Of a stretch of DNA of 29,534 nt, positions 10,786 through 20,097 are shown one piece after another. Under the pieces are notes generated by a model. The model worked only from the letters and a program-made list of their open reading frames with translations, was not told where the DNA came from and ran no database searches. The DNA comes from Candidatus Sumerlaeia bacterium (GTDB lineage: Bacteria; Sumerlaeota; Sumerlaeia; SLMS01), in NCBI GenBank assembly GCA_038208905.1, contig JBBQYG010000035.1, positions 1 through 29,534 of the forward strand. The letters are read 5' to 3'. A program made the position numbers and the translations under genes. Within the stretch, counting starts at the first letter, position 1. Each line of letters opens with the position of its first letter.

Positions 10786-12368
10786 ACACCGAAGCAACGC
10801 GGCGCTACTCGCTCCTGTCCCGATTCACGGGGCTCCTCTCCGATGCGGTCCTCTTCGCGCTCTTCCTCGCGATGGGCGTGGGGATGCTCAACATCCTGAT
10901 CCAGACGATCGTGCTGGTTGTGGGCATCGCCCAGGGAACCGGCGCGCGCCCGATTTTGACTGAAGGTCTCGAGGGCTTCGAGACGCTGACCGAGGCGGCG
11001 CCCAGCCGACTCGGGGCCGACGCAATGGACCTCGGCATCGCCATCCTCGGCGCGATCGTCGCCACGGCGGCGCACTTCGGATTCCTGCGACTGCGGCGTC
11101 GGTATATGCACCTGTTCGGCGCGTCGGGGTTCCAGCTCTTCGTCAGCAAGCGCTACCTCCTCTCGCGCGAGGGGAGCCGACTCGTCAGCCTCATCAGCAT
11201 CGTCTCCGTTCTCGGCGTCGCCGTCGGCGTGATGGCGCTCATCGTCGTCATCAGCGTGATGGAGGGCTTCGACCAGACGCTTGTGAAGAAGTTCATGGGC
11301 GTATTCTCCCACATCCAGATCAAGCCCGACCCGCGCTATTTCAAGGACAAGCAGATCCCCGAGGACATCTGGGGCCCGATGATCGAGCGCGTCGCAGCCA
11401 AGGATTTCGTCAAGGGCGTCTCTCCCATCCTCGATCACCAGACGATCATCCAGAAGGACCTCGGCTCGCGGGAGAACTTCGCCTTCGCATTCTTCCGCGG
11501 CATCGATCCGAAGACGGAGAGCAACGTCACCGACTTCATGAATTACGTAACGCTCGGCGAGTCCGTCCCCGGCGACCGAGAAGTCGTGGTGGGCGAGCGC
11601 CTCGCGATCAACCTCGGGCTCCGCCAAGGGGATACCATCTTCGCCATCGGCAAGATCGTCCCCACCGCCAACCGCGTCGTCCCCAAGACCATGAAGCTCA
11701 CCGTTGTCGGCGTCTTCCACAGCGGCCTCTACGACGTGGACGACAAGTTCATCTACACGAACCTCGCCACGATCCAGGAAATGCTTGTCCAGGAGGGCAC
11801 CATCTCCGCCCTCCACGTCCGAGTCGATGATCCCCAGAAGGTAAACGAGTACGGGGAGCAACTCCTCGACGTGATTCCGCGCGGCTATGGCATCCTCACC
11901 TGGCAGATGCTGAACCCCCAGTTCTTCGAGGCGCTGTGGATGGAGAAGGTGGCGATGTTCATCATCCTCCTCCTCATCGTCCTCGTGGCGGCGCTCAACA
12001 TTATCGGCACGCTGGTGATGACGGTGGTCCAGAAAACGCGCGACATCGGCATTCTCAAGTCCATGGGCGCCACCAGCGGATCGATCATGCTGATCTTCCT
12101 CTACCACGGGTTCCTGATCGGGCTCGTCGGGACGTCGCTCGGCGTGGTCTGGGGCTTGCGCCTGTGCCGATTCGTGGCAAAGGACATCCAGAAGATTTTC
12201 GAGATGCCCGGCGGCGTGTATGGAATCGACCGCCTGCCGGTCGTCGTGGAGCCGTGGCTCATCGTCTTCATGGCGGTCTGCGCGCTCTCCATCTGCATCG
12301 TCGCATCGTTGATTCCCGCCTACCAGGCCTCGCGCCTGAATCCCGTGGAAGCCCTGAGGTATGACTAG
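10782..12368 (+). CDS. lolC: Lipoprotein-releasing ABC transporter permease (LolC/E family) with N-terminal membrane extension
   Basis: LFVSKRYL...SLISIVSVLGVAVGVMALIVVISVMEGF, VGVFHSGLYDVD, LIVLVAALNIIGTLVMTVVQKTRDIGILKSMGAT, PAYQASRLNPVEALRYD. GTG start overlaps the lysS stop (GTGA). Confidence 0.9.
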   Translation: MNTEATRRYSLLSRFTGLLSDAVLFALFLAMGVGMLNILIQTIVLVVGIAQGTGARPILTEGLEGFETLTEAAPSRLGADAMDLGIAILGAIVATAAHFGFLRLRRRYMHLFGASGFQLFVSKRYLLSREGSRLVSLISIVSVLGVAVGVMALIVVISVMEGFDQTLVKKFMGVFSHIQIKPDPRYFKDKQIPEDIWGPMIERVAAKDFVKGVSPILDHQTIIQKDLGSRENFAFAFFRGIDPKTESNVTDFMNYVTLGESVPGDREVVVGERLAINLGLRQGDTIFAIGKIVPTANRVVPKTMKLTVVGVFHSGLYDVDDKFIYTNLATIQEMLVQEGTISALHVRVDDPQKVNEYGEQLLDVIPRGYGILTWQMLNPQFFEALWMEKVAMFIILLLIVLVAALNIIGTLVMTVVQKTRDIGILKSMGATSGSIMLIFLYHGFLIGLVGTSLGVVWGLRLCRFVAKDIQKIFEMPGGVYGIDRLPVVVEPWLIVFMAVCALSICIVASLIPAYQASRLNPVEALRYD

Positions 12369-12371
12369 CAC

Positions 12372-13304
12372 ATGAGACTCTGCACCGTCAGCACCGCCGA
12401 AATCCCCGCCTTCTTCGGCATCGACCTTGGCAAGCGCATCCTCCGCGTGGCGCAGGCGGGCGCGGCTTTTGGCCTCTCCGATGCCGACCTCGCGCGCGTC
12501 GCCTCGACAAAGGCATACTTCGAGAACCTCCCCCAGTCGGAGAAGATTCTTCGCCGCATCCTCAAGGGCATCACGGAAACCCCCAAGGCCGTTGGTCGCC
12601 CCGCCGCCGATGGACACCCGCACCTGCTCAACGCGGCGGACGTCACGCATCTCCCGCCGATCGAGCGCCCGGGAAAGATCCTCTGCATCGGCCTCAACTA
12701 CCGCGATCATTGCGAGGAGCAGAACAAGGAAATCCCCAAGAAGCCGATGGCCTTCAACAAGTTCGCCACGTCTCTTCGCGGCCACGGGGCCGAGATCACG
12801 CTGCCCCACAAGGTGGACAAGAACATCGACTTCGAGGCGGAACTTGCCGTCATCATCGGCAAGACCGCCCGCCGCGTCACAAAGCGCACGGCGCTCAAGC
12901 ATGTCGGCGGATATACAATCATGAACGACGTGTCGGCGCGCACGCTGCAGGCCAACGAGAAGCAGTGGTCCCGCGCCAAGGGCTTCGACGGCAGCGGTCC
13001 CTGCGGCCCGATCATCGTCACGCCCGACGAGATTCCCGACCCCCACGCCCTCGCGATTTCCTGCCACGTGAACGGCAAGAAGATGCAGGACTCCAATACG
13101 TCCAACCTGATCTTCAACATTCCCGAGCTGATTTCATGGGTCTCCCAGATGATCACGCTGGAGCCTGGCGACATGATCTCCACCGGCACGCCTGGCGGCG
13201 TCGGCGTCTATCGCAACCCGCCAGTCTTCCTCGCGTCGGGCGACATCGTGGAGGTCAAGATCGACCGTATCGGGACGCTGCGGAATACCTTCGTCAGCGG
13301 CTGA
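12372..13304 (+). CDS. Fumarylacetoacetate hydrolase family protein
   Basis: KILCIGLNYRDHCEE, DFEAELAVIIGK, GYTIMNDVSARTLQ, WSRAKGFD, TLEPGDMISTGTPGGVG. Confidence 0.95.
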   Translation: MRLCTVSTAEIPAFFGIDLGKRILRVAQAGAAFGLSDADLARVASTKAYFENLPQSEKILRRILKGITETPKAVGRPAADGHPHLLNAADVTHLPPIERPGKILCIGLNYRDHCEEQNKEIPKKPMAFNKFATSLRGHGAEITLPHKVDKNIDFEAELAVIIGKTARRVTKRTALKHVGGYTIMNDVSARTLQANEKQWSRAKGFDGSGPCGPIIVTPDEIPDPHALAISCHVNGKKMQDSNTSNLIFNIPELISWVSQMITLEPGDMISTGTPGGVGVYRNPPVFLASGDIVEVKIDRIGTLRNTFVSG

Positions 13305-15726
13305 CTGGATCGACGATTCTAAAAAGGGCGTTGTCGCCGAAGCGCGCGACCTCCTCCAGCAGGCCCGCCTTCTCCACCCTGTCCATGCCCAGCCGGGCAA
13401 GGATGGGGTGATTTGCTTCATTGGGCACGCGGAGGTAGTACTCGAGGCCGCGCCCGCGCAGGAACGCGGCGATTTCCGCGGCGTCGGTCTTTCCATACTC
13501 CTGCTGGATTGCCCAGTCGTCCAGATGCACAAACGTGATCGAGGGATCGAACACATAGTGCCGGTTCTCGTGCGTCAGGATCGTCTGACCCAGATGGTGC
13601 GCGTTCACATAGTCCCACATGTCCACGTCCTCGCCGTACTGCATCCGCAGGAAGAACGACTGCGGCAGCCCCGGATTGCGGAACACGTCCAGGTTCCCCT
13701 GCGTGAACGACTGTCCATCGATCACGCGCGACTTGGAGTACTTGAATCCCATCAGCGAGAACGCCAACCCCGGCGCGATTCCCTGAAGCAGCACCAGCGC
13801 ATAGAACACCGGCGCCGCCCAGACGCGAATTGCGCGATCCCTAATCAGGAACACCCCCACCACGGAACTCGCCACCGCCGCGCAGGAAAGGAAACCCACG
13901 ATCTGGTAGAGGTAGAAGTCCGCTAGGAAGTACATGTAGCCGAGAAACGAGAGCGTGAGGAACGCGCTGGTGGCGATGGTTGGGGCGGCGACGGAGTTGG
14001 TGCTCCACGCCGCGCCGCGTCTCCACCGGTACCCCAGCCACACAGCCCCCAGCAGCAGCGCGGGAACCAGAAGGGCGGGGATCAGGATCATCATCTTGTA
14101 CGCCTGGATTGTCGTGGGCCACGGCAGAACGCCCAGCGCCCCATTGACCCCGAGGAGAATCGCGAGCCGGTCCCGCCACGCGCCGTGGCGGCGAATTGTT
14201 CCGTCGGGATTCTGCACCAGCGCGTCGAATCCGATCCAGAAGGGGAAGGTCCCATCCACGCGGTCGCGAAACGTGGCCCGGCGCTCGAAGGAGGGATCGC
14301 CCTCGTCCTGAATTTCGCCGGTGCGCTTGCCGCGATACCATTCCGCCATGCGCCCGATGCCGTCGCCGTTGCGGTACCACTCCAGCTCCGAGGAGCGCAG
14401 CACCTCCACGTTCATGTTGATGCTGGAGGTGAAGATCTCCGGAAAGAACGCATAGACGGGATTGCCCGTCAGCGCCATGTTGCGAATGTGCCACGGCAGC
14501 GACAGCGCCACGAATGTCAGATAGATCGCGAGAAATACGCGCGTGAAAATCGTCCGCCTCAGCCGCGCCACGAACCCCGCGCCGCCCGACACCGCAACCA
14601 CCATCACGACGGCAAACAGCCACCCGATCCACAGCAACCCCATCAGGTAGTTCAGGTGCATCGCGATCGCGGGAATCGCCGACATCGCCGCCAGCGTCCC
14701 CGCGGTGGGCCTCCGCGCGAAGAGCGACACCGCAAGCACCATCGCCGCGATGAACAGCAGGGCAAAGGCGTAGTCCGACGCATACGTGGAGTACGCGATG
14801 CCATTCGGCACTGCGCGGAACAGCAGCATCGCCGCCGCTGCAACCGCGTGGCTTCCCCAGGCGTTCAGCACCGTTGTATAGACAAGGATAGCCGCGCACA
14901 TTCCCGCCACTGGCGCCGCCAGGCGCAGGTGCAGGTCGCTCCAGTGCGCGAAGAGCGTCGATGCCATCGCGCCATAGTTTCCAAACAGGTGCGGATAGTT
15001 CGCGCCCAGCCCAATCCCCACCTGCACCTCTGCCTTGAAGGGAAAGGCGTGCTGCAGGAACGTCATCCGCGAATAGCCGAGATAGAGAATCAGCGAGTCC
15101 CAGTAGGTTTCCGGAAAAAACGCCGCGTGCCAGAAGATCGCCGCCGTGATCAGGGCCGCGATGCCGACGGCGGCGCACCAGAAGGCGAGGTCCAGCCTCC
15201 CCATTCCCGCCAGTGGCGGCATCGGGCAATCGCATGGAACATCAACCGCCCGTCCCGCGATGATCGGGCTGTCGAAGAGTTCCCGCCGCCACCGCGCCGC
15301 CGCCCACGCCCCGCCTAGCAGCGCCGCCCACAGCAGCCACGCCGCCACGGGATAGAGCAGCCCCGCCATCGTCAGCAGTTCGAAGGCAATTCCCGACAAC
15401 CCGAATCCGATGGGAAACGCCAGTGCATATCGCGATAGCCCGCCGAGCCGCAGGCGGAAGATCCTCAGCGTCAGCAGCCCGAATGCCTGCGTCATGGCGA
15501 GCACCATCAGCGCCTGCGCGACTTCAAGCGGCGGCGTGTTCGCCAGCGAGAATGTATATCTGCCAAACAGCGCCGAGAACACGCCGAGCGGCTGGACCGC
15601 GTTGTGGACCAACTGGAAGTTCGTGCGCAGGAAATAGGCAAAGATCAGCCATGCCCACCCAAGGACCGCCGCCGCGGCGACGACCTTCGCGGTCAGCACA
15701 AGGCGACCCTTTGCGACCTCGCTCAT
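13294..15726 (-). CDS. Large polytopic membrane protein, GT-C-fold (ArnT/PMT-like) glycosyltransferase candidate, 810 aa
   Basis: Many TM helices, loop motif FPETYWDSLILYL followed by NYPHL, PWHIRNMALTGNPVY, and a soluble C-terminal domain. Start moved to ATG 15726 (ATGA overlap with the upstream ORF). Confidence 0.7.
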   Translation of the reverse strand: MSEVAKGRLVLTAKVVAAAAVLGWAWLIFAYFLRTNFQLVHNAVQPLGVFSALFGRYTFSLANTPPLEVAQALMVLAMTQAFGLLTLRIFRLRLGGLSRYALAFPIGFGLSGIAFELLTMAGLLYPVAAWLLWAALLGGAWAAARWRRELFDSPIIAGRAVDVPCDCPMPPLAGMGRLDLAFWCAAVGIAALITAAIFWHAAFFPETYWDSLILYLGYSRMTFLQHAFPFKAEVQVGIGLGANYPHLFGNYGAMASTLFAHWSDLHLRLAAPVAGMCAAILVYTTVLNAWGSHAVAAAAMLLFRAVPNGIAYSTYASDYAFALLFIAAMVLAVSLFARRPTAGTLAAMSAIPAIAMHLNYLMGLLWIGWLFAVVMVVAVSGGAGFVARLRRTIFTRVFLAIYLTFVALSLPWHIRNMALTGNPVYAFFPEIFTSSINMNVEVLRSSELEWYRNGDGIGRMAEWYRGKRTGEIQDEGDPSFERRATFRDRVDGTFPFWIGFDALVQNPDGTIRRHGAWRDRLAILLGVNGALGVLPWPTTIQAYKMMILIPALLVPALLLGAVWLGYRWRRGAAWSTNSVAAPTIATSAFLTLSFLGYMYFLADFYLYQIVGFLSCAAVASSVVGVFLIRDRAIRVWAAPVFYALVLLQGIAPGLAFSLMGFKYSKSRVIDGQSFTQGNLDVFRNPGLPQSFFLRMQYGEDVDMWDYVNAHHLGQTILTHENRHYVFDPSITFVHLDDWAIQQEYGKTDAAEIAAFLRGRGLEYYLRVPNEANHPILARLGMDRVEKAGLLEEVARFGDNALFRIVDPVSR

Positions 15727-16100
15727 TGGCGCGGAGATTCCTGGTCGCCCGGGGGGTTCTGGGGGAGCGGCACGCCAAGACGCCGGGCGCGCTCCTCCGG
15801 CGTTTCCGCCGGGCCAAGCGGCGATGGAAGCCACTCCTCATCGGCGCCGGGGGCGGCGGCGTGCTCCGTATAGACGGCGGGCGCCGCCTCGGGAGCGGCA
15901 TACGCCAGCGGCGCGGGGGCATACGCCTCTGGCGGCGGCGGGGGAGCGGCGGGCGCCACGGGCTCCGGCGGACCAAACTCCCACGGAGTCTCCAGGTCGG
16001 GCACCGGCGCGCCGCGCGTCGCGCCATAGACAGGAAACCCGACCGGCGCGATCCATGTCGTCCCGGTCGATGGTGACTCGCGATTTGTGGCGTCGCTCAT
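15723..16100 (-). CDS. Proline/alanine-rich acidic hypothetical protein (125 aa)
   Basis: Fills the gap between genes, its stop overlaps the next start (ATGA), and AGGA lies upstream. Low-complexity sequence with no recognisable domain. Confidence 0.55.
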   Translation of the reverse strand: MSDATNRESPSTGTTWIAPVGFPVYGATRGAPVPDLETPWEFGPPEPVAPAAPPPPPEAYAPAPLAYAAPEAAPAVYTEHAAAPGADEEWLPSPLGPAETPEERARRLGVPLPQNPPGDQESPRQ

Positions 16101-16226
16101 GTTCTGCTGGGTCCATCCTGTTTCTATTGCCGCCGTCGGTGCCCGCGGTTGCTGGTGGCGTGGCCGACAGCGGCATTCCAGTGCAGCGCGACGGCCAAAG
16201 GCAACGGAGAAGGGACCAGCGTGTCC

Positions 16227-17027
16227 ATGCCGGACTTCGATCTTACCCAGATCATCATCGGGTTCCTCTCAACCGGTTTGTTGGTCGGCCTCATGGTGGC
16301 CGGGGTCCTCTCGCTCGCGTTTCGGCCCGAACTGATCCATGCCTACACTCGCCCGCGCGCCATTGCGGCATGGTCCGCCACGGCGGGAGTATCGTTCCTG
16401 GCAATCGCGCTGCTGCTGGCCGATGCGCTTTCCTCGGGGGAACGCTGGCATGCCTTCACGGGGCTATCCGCTGGCATTGTGATAACCCTCGTCGTCGCGC
16501 TTTGCTGCTGGGGCCTTGCGATGCAGCGCAACGCACGGCTCCACCGCCCCTGGGGACCCAGCGAGTCGCGCGGCGTGACGCTGTTCTCGATCGGCGCCAT
16601 TGCGTGGTCCATTGGCTCGATGGTCGTCCTCGCCCAACTGGTACCGCTGGAGATTCCCGAGAACAGCTTCCTTCAGGACGTGACGCCAGAGAACCCGCTC
16701 TTCTTCGCTGGCGTCTTTGCCTTCGCGATGGTCGCGGCGGTGCTGGAGGAAATTATCTATCGTGGCGCGCTGGTGGGCCTGCTGGAGAAAACGCCCCTCC
16801 GGGATGGAGGGGCGATTCTCGTCGCGGCGTTCCTGTTTGCGCTGGCCCACGGCGGCTATACCACGTCGTTCGGGCCCAAGGAGGTTCAGATCGTCGGCCT
16901 CGGCGTCATCCTTGGCTACGCCAGGCTGCGATACGGCCTATCGGCGGCGGTCATCGTGCATCTGGCCAACAACTTCTTCGCAATGACGCTGACCCTGTTT
17001 CAGTTGGAGATCCCCGGCGTTCAGTAA
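16227..17027 (+). CDS. CPBP-family (CAAX/Abi) intramembrane glutamic endopeptidase
   Basis: EEIIYRG, FALAH and HLANN motifs in a multi-TM protein. Start placed at ATG 16227. Confidence 0.9.
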   Translation: MPDFDLTQIIIGFLSTGLLVGLMVAGVLSLAFRPELIHAYTRPRAIAAWSATAGVSFLAIALLLADALSSGERWHAFTGLSAGIVITLVVALCCWGLAMQRNARLHRPWGPSESRGVTLFSIGAIAWSIGSMVVLAQLVPLEIPENSFLQDVTPENPLFFAGVFAFAMVAAVLEEIIYRGALVGLLEKTPLRDGGAILVAAFLFALAHGGYTTSFGPKEVQIVGLGVILGYARLRYGLSAAVIVHLANNFFAMTLTLFQLEIPGVQ

Positions 17028-18121
17028 AAGTTCCGGTCGCGGTTGAGCTGCACGCGATAGCGCTCGCGGGCGCCCTCCTCCAGGTACAGCCGCCTGACCC
17101 ACGGGCGGTATCCCGGGCGGCGGGCCTCGACGTCATAGGCGCCCGGCGGCAGTTCCACCGTCAGCGGCGAGCTTCCCTGATACTGCCCGTTCACGAACAC
17201 ATCCGCGTTGGACGGCGCCGTCGAGACGGAGATGGACCCCAAGTAGATCGGCCTCGGCCCCACAATCACCGGCGGGCGTGGCCCCGGATAGACGACCACC
17301 GGCGGGGGGGGAGGAGCAAAGACGGCGGGGCGGACATAGACCTGGGCGAAGGCTTCTCCCCAGCGCGGCGGGGGCGGGGCCGCCTCCACATACACCGGCC
17401 CCGGATAGACGGGGCGCGAAGGGCCGCCGACCTCGATCTTCAGCGAGCCACTGCTGCCGCGTCCGCGGCGCGAGGAGTTGAAGACCACTTCCAGGCTCGC
17501 CTGCAGCGTCGTTTGGATTTCGCTGTAGCCGCCCACGCAGATCGGGAACGGATCGCGGCTGGTGGCGCGATAGAACTGGGGCGGGGGAGACCAATGGGCG
17601 CGCTCGGCGGCAACCGCCACCACGCGGATGGTGTCCCATCCCTCCGACGTCGCCAACAGGCTATAGGCCGGAGACGGCAACTGCTTGATCTGGTGCGCAT
17701 AGACGAAGTTGTCGCGGTCGAAGTAGTTGGGGAGCAACTGGCGCGTTACGCCGCGGCTGTCGGTGCTATACACGAAAAGAAAGGCATCCTGGTTGGCGCG
17801 GGCGTTGATCGCCACTTGAGCGCCCAGCTCGTACACCGCGCGGTCCGTGCTCAGCGTAACCACCGTCTGGCCATACCATTCCGGCGGGGGGGCCACGATG
17901 ATCTGGGGCGCGGGGGGCGCATAGATCGGCGGCGCGACCGGTGGCGGCGCGGGCTGGACGTACACCGGCTGCTGCTGATAGGGCGGCTGGTAGCTCGGCG
18001 GCTGCTGATAGACCGGAGGCGGCGGGGGAGCCACTTCGATCTTCTGCCCCTTCTGGGCGGGGAGGGAAAGCGGGCTGGCCACGAGGGCCAGCAGCAGCGT
18101 CAGGATGGTGAGTAATCGCAT
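17021..18121 (-). CDS. Secreted DUF4384 + PEGA domain protein with Pro/Tyr/Gln-rich linkers
   Basis: Signal peptide; TDRAVYELG...ANQDAFLFVYSTDSRG...LLPN (DUF4384-like); GSISVSTAPSNADVFVNGQYQGSSPLTVELPPGAYDVEARRPGY (PEGA). Confidence 0.85.
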   Translation of the reverse strand: MRLLTILTLLLALVASPLSLPAQKGQKIEVAPPPPPVYQQPPSYQPPYQQQPVYVQPAPPPVAPPIYAPPAPQIIVAPPPEWYGQTVVTLSTDRAVYELGAQVAINARANQDAFLFVYSTDSRGVTRQLLPNYFDRDNFVYAHQIKQLPSPAYSLLATSEGWDTIRVVAVAAERAHWSPPPQFYRATSRDPFPICVGGYSEIQTTLQASLEVVFNSSRRGRGSSGSLKIEVGGPSRPVYPGPVYVEAAPPPPRWGEAFAQVYVRPAVFAPPPPPVVVYPGPRPPVIVGPRPIYLGSISVSTAPSNADVFVNGQYQGSSPLTVELPPGAYDVEARRPGYRPWVRRLYLEEGARERYRVQLNRDRNFY

Positions 18122-18241
18122 GGTGTGTCGCTCCGTGGGGGGCGTATCGCCCCGAATTCGAAGATCAAAGACTGTGCCCGGGCCATGAATGTTTGCCGAT
18201 TTCCATTGTCAGGCCACGGCTGCTGACCCTTCCCTCCCCCC

Positions 18242-18967
18242 ATGAGCACCGTCCTCATGTATCACTATGTCGGCTCGCCGCAATCATCTGGCGATCCGCA
18301 CGCCGCGCTCTGGGTTCCGCGGGAAGAATTTGCCGGTCAACTGGCCACCCTGCGCGCGATGAAGATCAGGACGCTCTCTCCCGAGGAGTATGGCGCCGGG
18401 CTTTCCGCGGGCACTCTCGGTCGATCCGTGTGGCTTACATTCGACGACGGCCAGATCGACAACTACTCTGTCGCGCTTCCCCTGCTGGCCGAGGCTGGAC
18501 TGCGCGCCACCTTTTTCATCATCGCCGCGCGCTCCCTCGGTGGCGATGCCAATTACGTTTCCGTTTCGCAGATGAAGGAGATGATTTCCGCAGGGATGAG
18601 CATCGGCTCCCACACGGTGACGCACCCGCGCCTCGCCCGGCTCGACGACGCCGCGCTGCGTGAGGAGATTGTCGGCTCGCGCAAGCGGCTGGAGGACGCG
18701 CTCGGCATCGCCATCACCAGTTTCTGCTATCCCTATGGCAATCTGGACGACCGCGTTGTCGCGATGGTGGAGGAGGCGGGCTACGCGCTCGCCACCTCGA
18801 CGGTGCGCGACAACCGCAACACCCCCGCCGATCGTTTCCGCCTGCGTCGCGCCATGGTCCAGCCGGGGCGAACGGGGCTGCGGTTCCGCTATCTCTTCAG
18901 CACCCTCTATCACCTGGTCCACGCGCGCAAGAACCGCAACCGCTGGCGCAAGAGCGCCGCGCGCTGA
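18242..18967 (+). CDS. Polysaccharide deacetylase (CE4/NodB family)
   Basis: VLMYHYV, LTFDDG, ATFFII, IGSHTVTHPRL, FCYPYG. Confidence 0.95.
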   Translation: MSTVLMYHYVGSPQSSGDPHAALWVPREEFAGQLATLRAMKIRTLSPEEYGAGLSAGTLGRSVWLTFDDGQIDNYSVALPLLAEAGLRATFFIIAARSLGGDANYVSVSQMKEMISAGMSIGSHTVTHPRLARLDDAALREEIVGSRKRLEDALGIAITSFCYPYGNLDDRVVAMVEEAGYALATSTVRDNRNTPADRFRLRRAMVQPGRTGLRFRYLFSTLYHLVHARKNRNRWRKSAAR

Positions 18968-18969
18968 CG

Positions 18970-20097
18970 ATGCGCATCCTGCACACCAACATGCTGCGCG
19001 GGTGGGGCGGCCAGTCCAACCGCATCCTCACGGAGGCCCTCGGCGCCCACCGCGCGGGACATCAGGTGGCCTTTGCGATTCCCGATGGATCGGTCCTCTC
19101 CGCCAAGGCCGCTGCCGCGGGGATGACGGTGTGGGAGGGCTTTCGCTTCAAGCCGCCGGCGCAAGTGTGGCGTTTCCTTCCCGACCTGATTCGCCTCAGG
19201 CGGCACCTTGCCGATTGGAAGCCCGACCTGATCCACGTCCACGGCAGCCAGGACACTTGGCTGGTGGCGGTGGCGCGCGCGCTTGCTCCCGCGGGATTCC
19301 CGCCCGTGATTCGCACGAAGCACAACATCTTCGAGTGGCAGACCCACGCCGCCAACAAATGGCTCTATCTCCAGTGCGATGCGTATGTCTCCATCAGCAG
19401 CTATATAGATAGACAAATAGATATCTATCCGGGCATCGGCAAGAAGCCTCGCGCCCTTGTCTACTCGGTCCCCGATCTTTCCGCCATCGATGCGGCGAAA
19501 GAGTCCATCCGCCGCACGTTTCCCCAAGTCGCGCCCGGGGCCTTCCTTTGGGGGAGCACCGGGCGCCTGCGCAGCGAGAAGGGCTTCGACGTGCTGCTGG
19601 AGGCCGTCGCGCTTCTGCGCCAGAACGCCGCCACGCCGCCGTTCCACCTACTGATCGCGGGCGACGGCAGCGACCGGGAGAGTCTGGCGGCCAAGGGCCA
19701 GTCGCTCGGAATCGGCCCGGAAACACTCACCTTTCTCGGATTCCGCAAGGACGTCCCCGCGGTCCTCCGCTCGCTGGATGGCTATGTACTCGCCTCGCGG
19801 GCCGAGGGCCTCGGCACCGCGATTCTGGAGGCCCTCGCCGTCGGCCTCCCCGTGGTCGCCACGCGCGTCGGCGGCATTCCCGATTCCGTGCGGCACGAGG
19901 AGACTGGCCTCCTGGTGGAGAGCGAAAACCCGCGCTCCATCGCCGATGGAATGCGTCGCATCATGCAGGACGCGCCACTGCGCAGCAGGCTCGGCCAGGC
20001 GGCGCATCGACTCATCCGCGAGGAGTTCGCCGAACCGCGGCTCGTGGAGAAGACCCTCGCCTTCTATGCGGAAGTGCTGGAGCGCCACCGTGGGTGA
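18970..20097 (+). CDS. Glycosyltransferase family 4
   Basis: WGGQ, PDLIHVH, GRLRSEKGFDVLLEA, FLGFRKDV, SRAEGLGTAILEALAVGLPVVATRVGGIPD. Confidence 0.95.
   Translation: MRILHTNMLRGWGGQSNRILTEALGAHRAGHQVAFAIPDGSVLSAKAAAAGMTVWEGFRFKPPAQVWRFLPDLIRLRRHLADWKPDLIHVHGSQDTWLVAVARALAPAGFPPVIRTKHNIFEWQTHAANKWLYLQCDAYVSISSYIDRQIDIYPGIGKKPRALVYSVPDLSAIDAAKESIRRTFPQVAPGAFLWGSTGRLRSEKGFDVLLEAVALLRQNAATPPFHLLIAGDGSDRESLAAKGQSLGIGPETLTFLGFRKDVPAVLRSLDGYVLASRAEGLGTAILEALAVGLPVVATRVGGIPDSVRHEETGLLVESENPRSIADGMRRIMQDAPLRSRLGQAAHRLIREEFAEPRLVEKTLAFYAEVLERHRG

Noticed and set aside
16227-17027. CPBP/Abi protease as an abortive-infection defence gene
   Set aside because: The Abi label for this family is historical, and the context is envelope/housekeeping with no defence genes adjacent.
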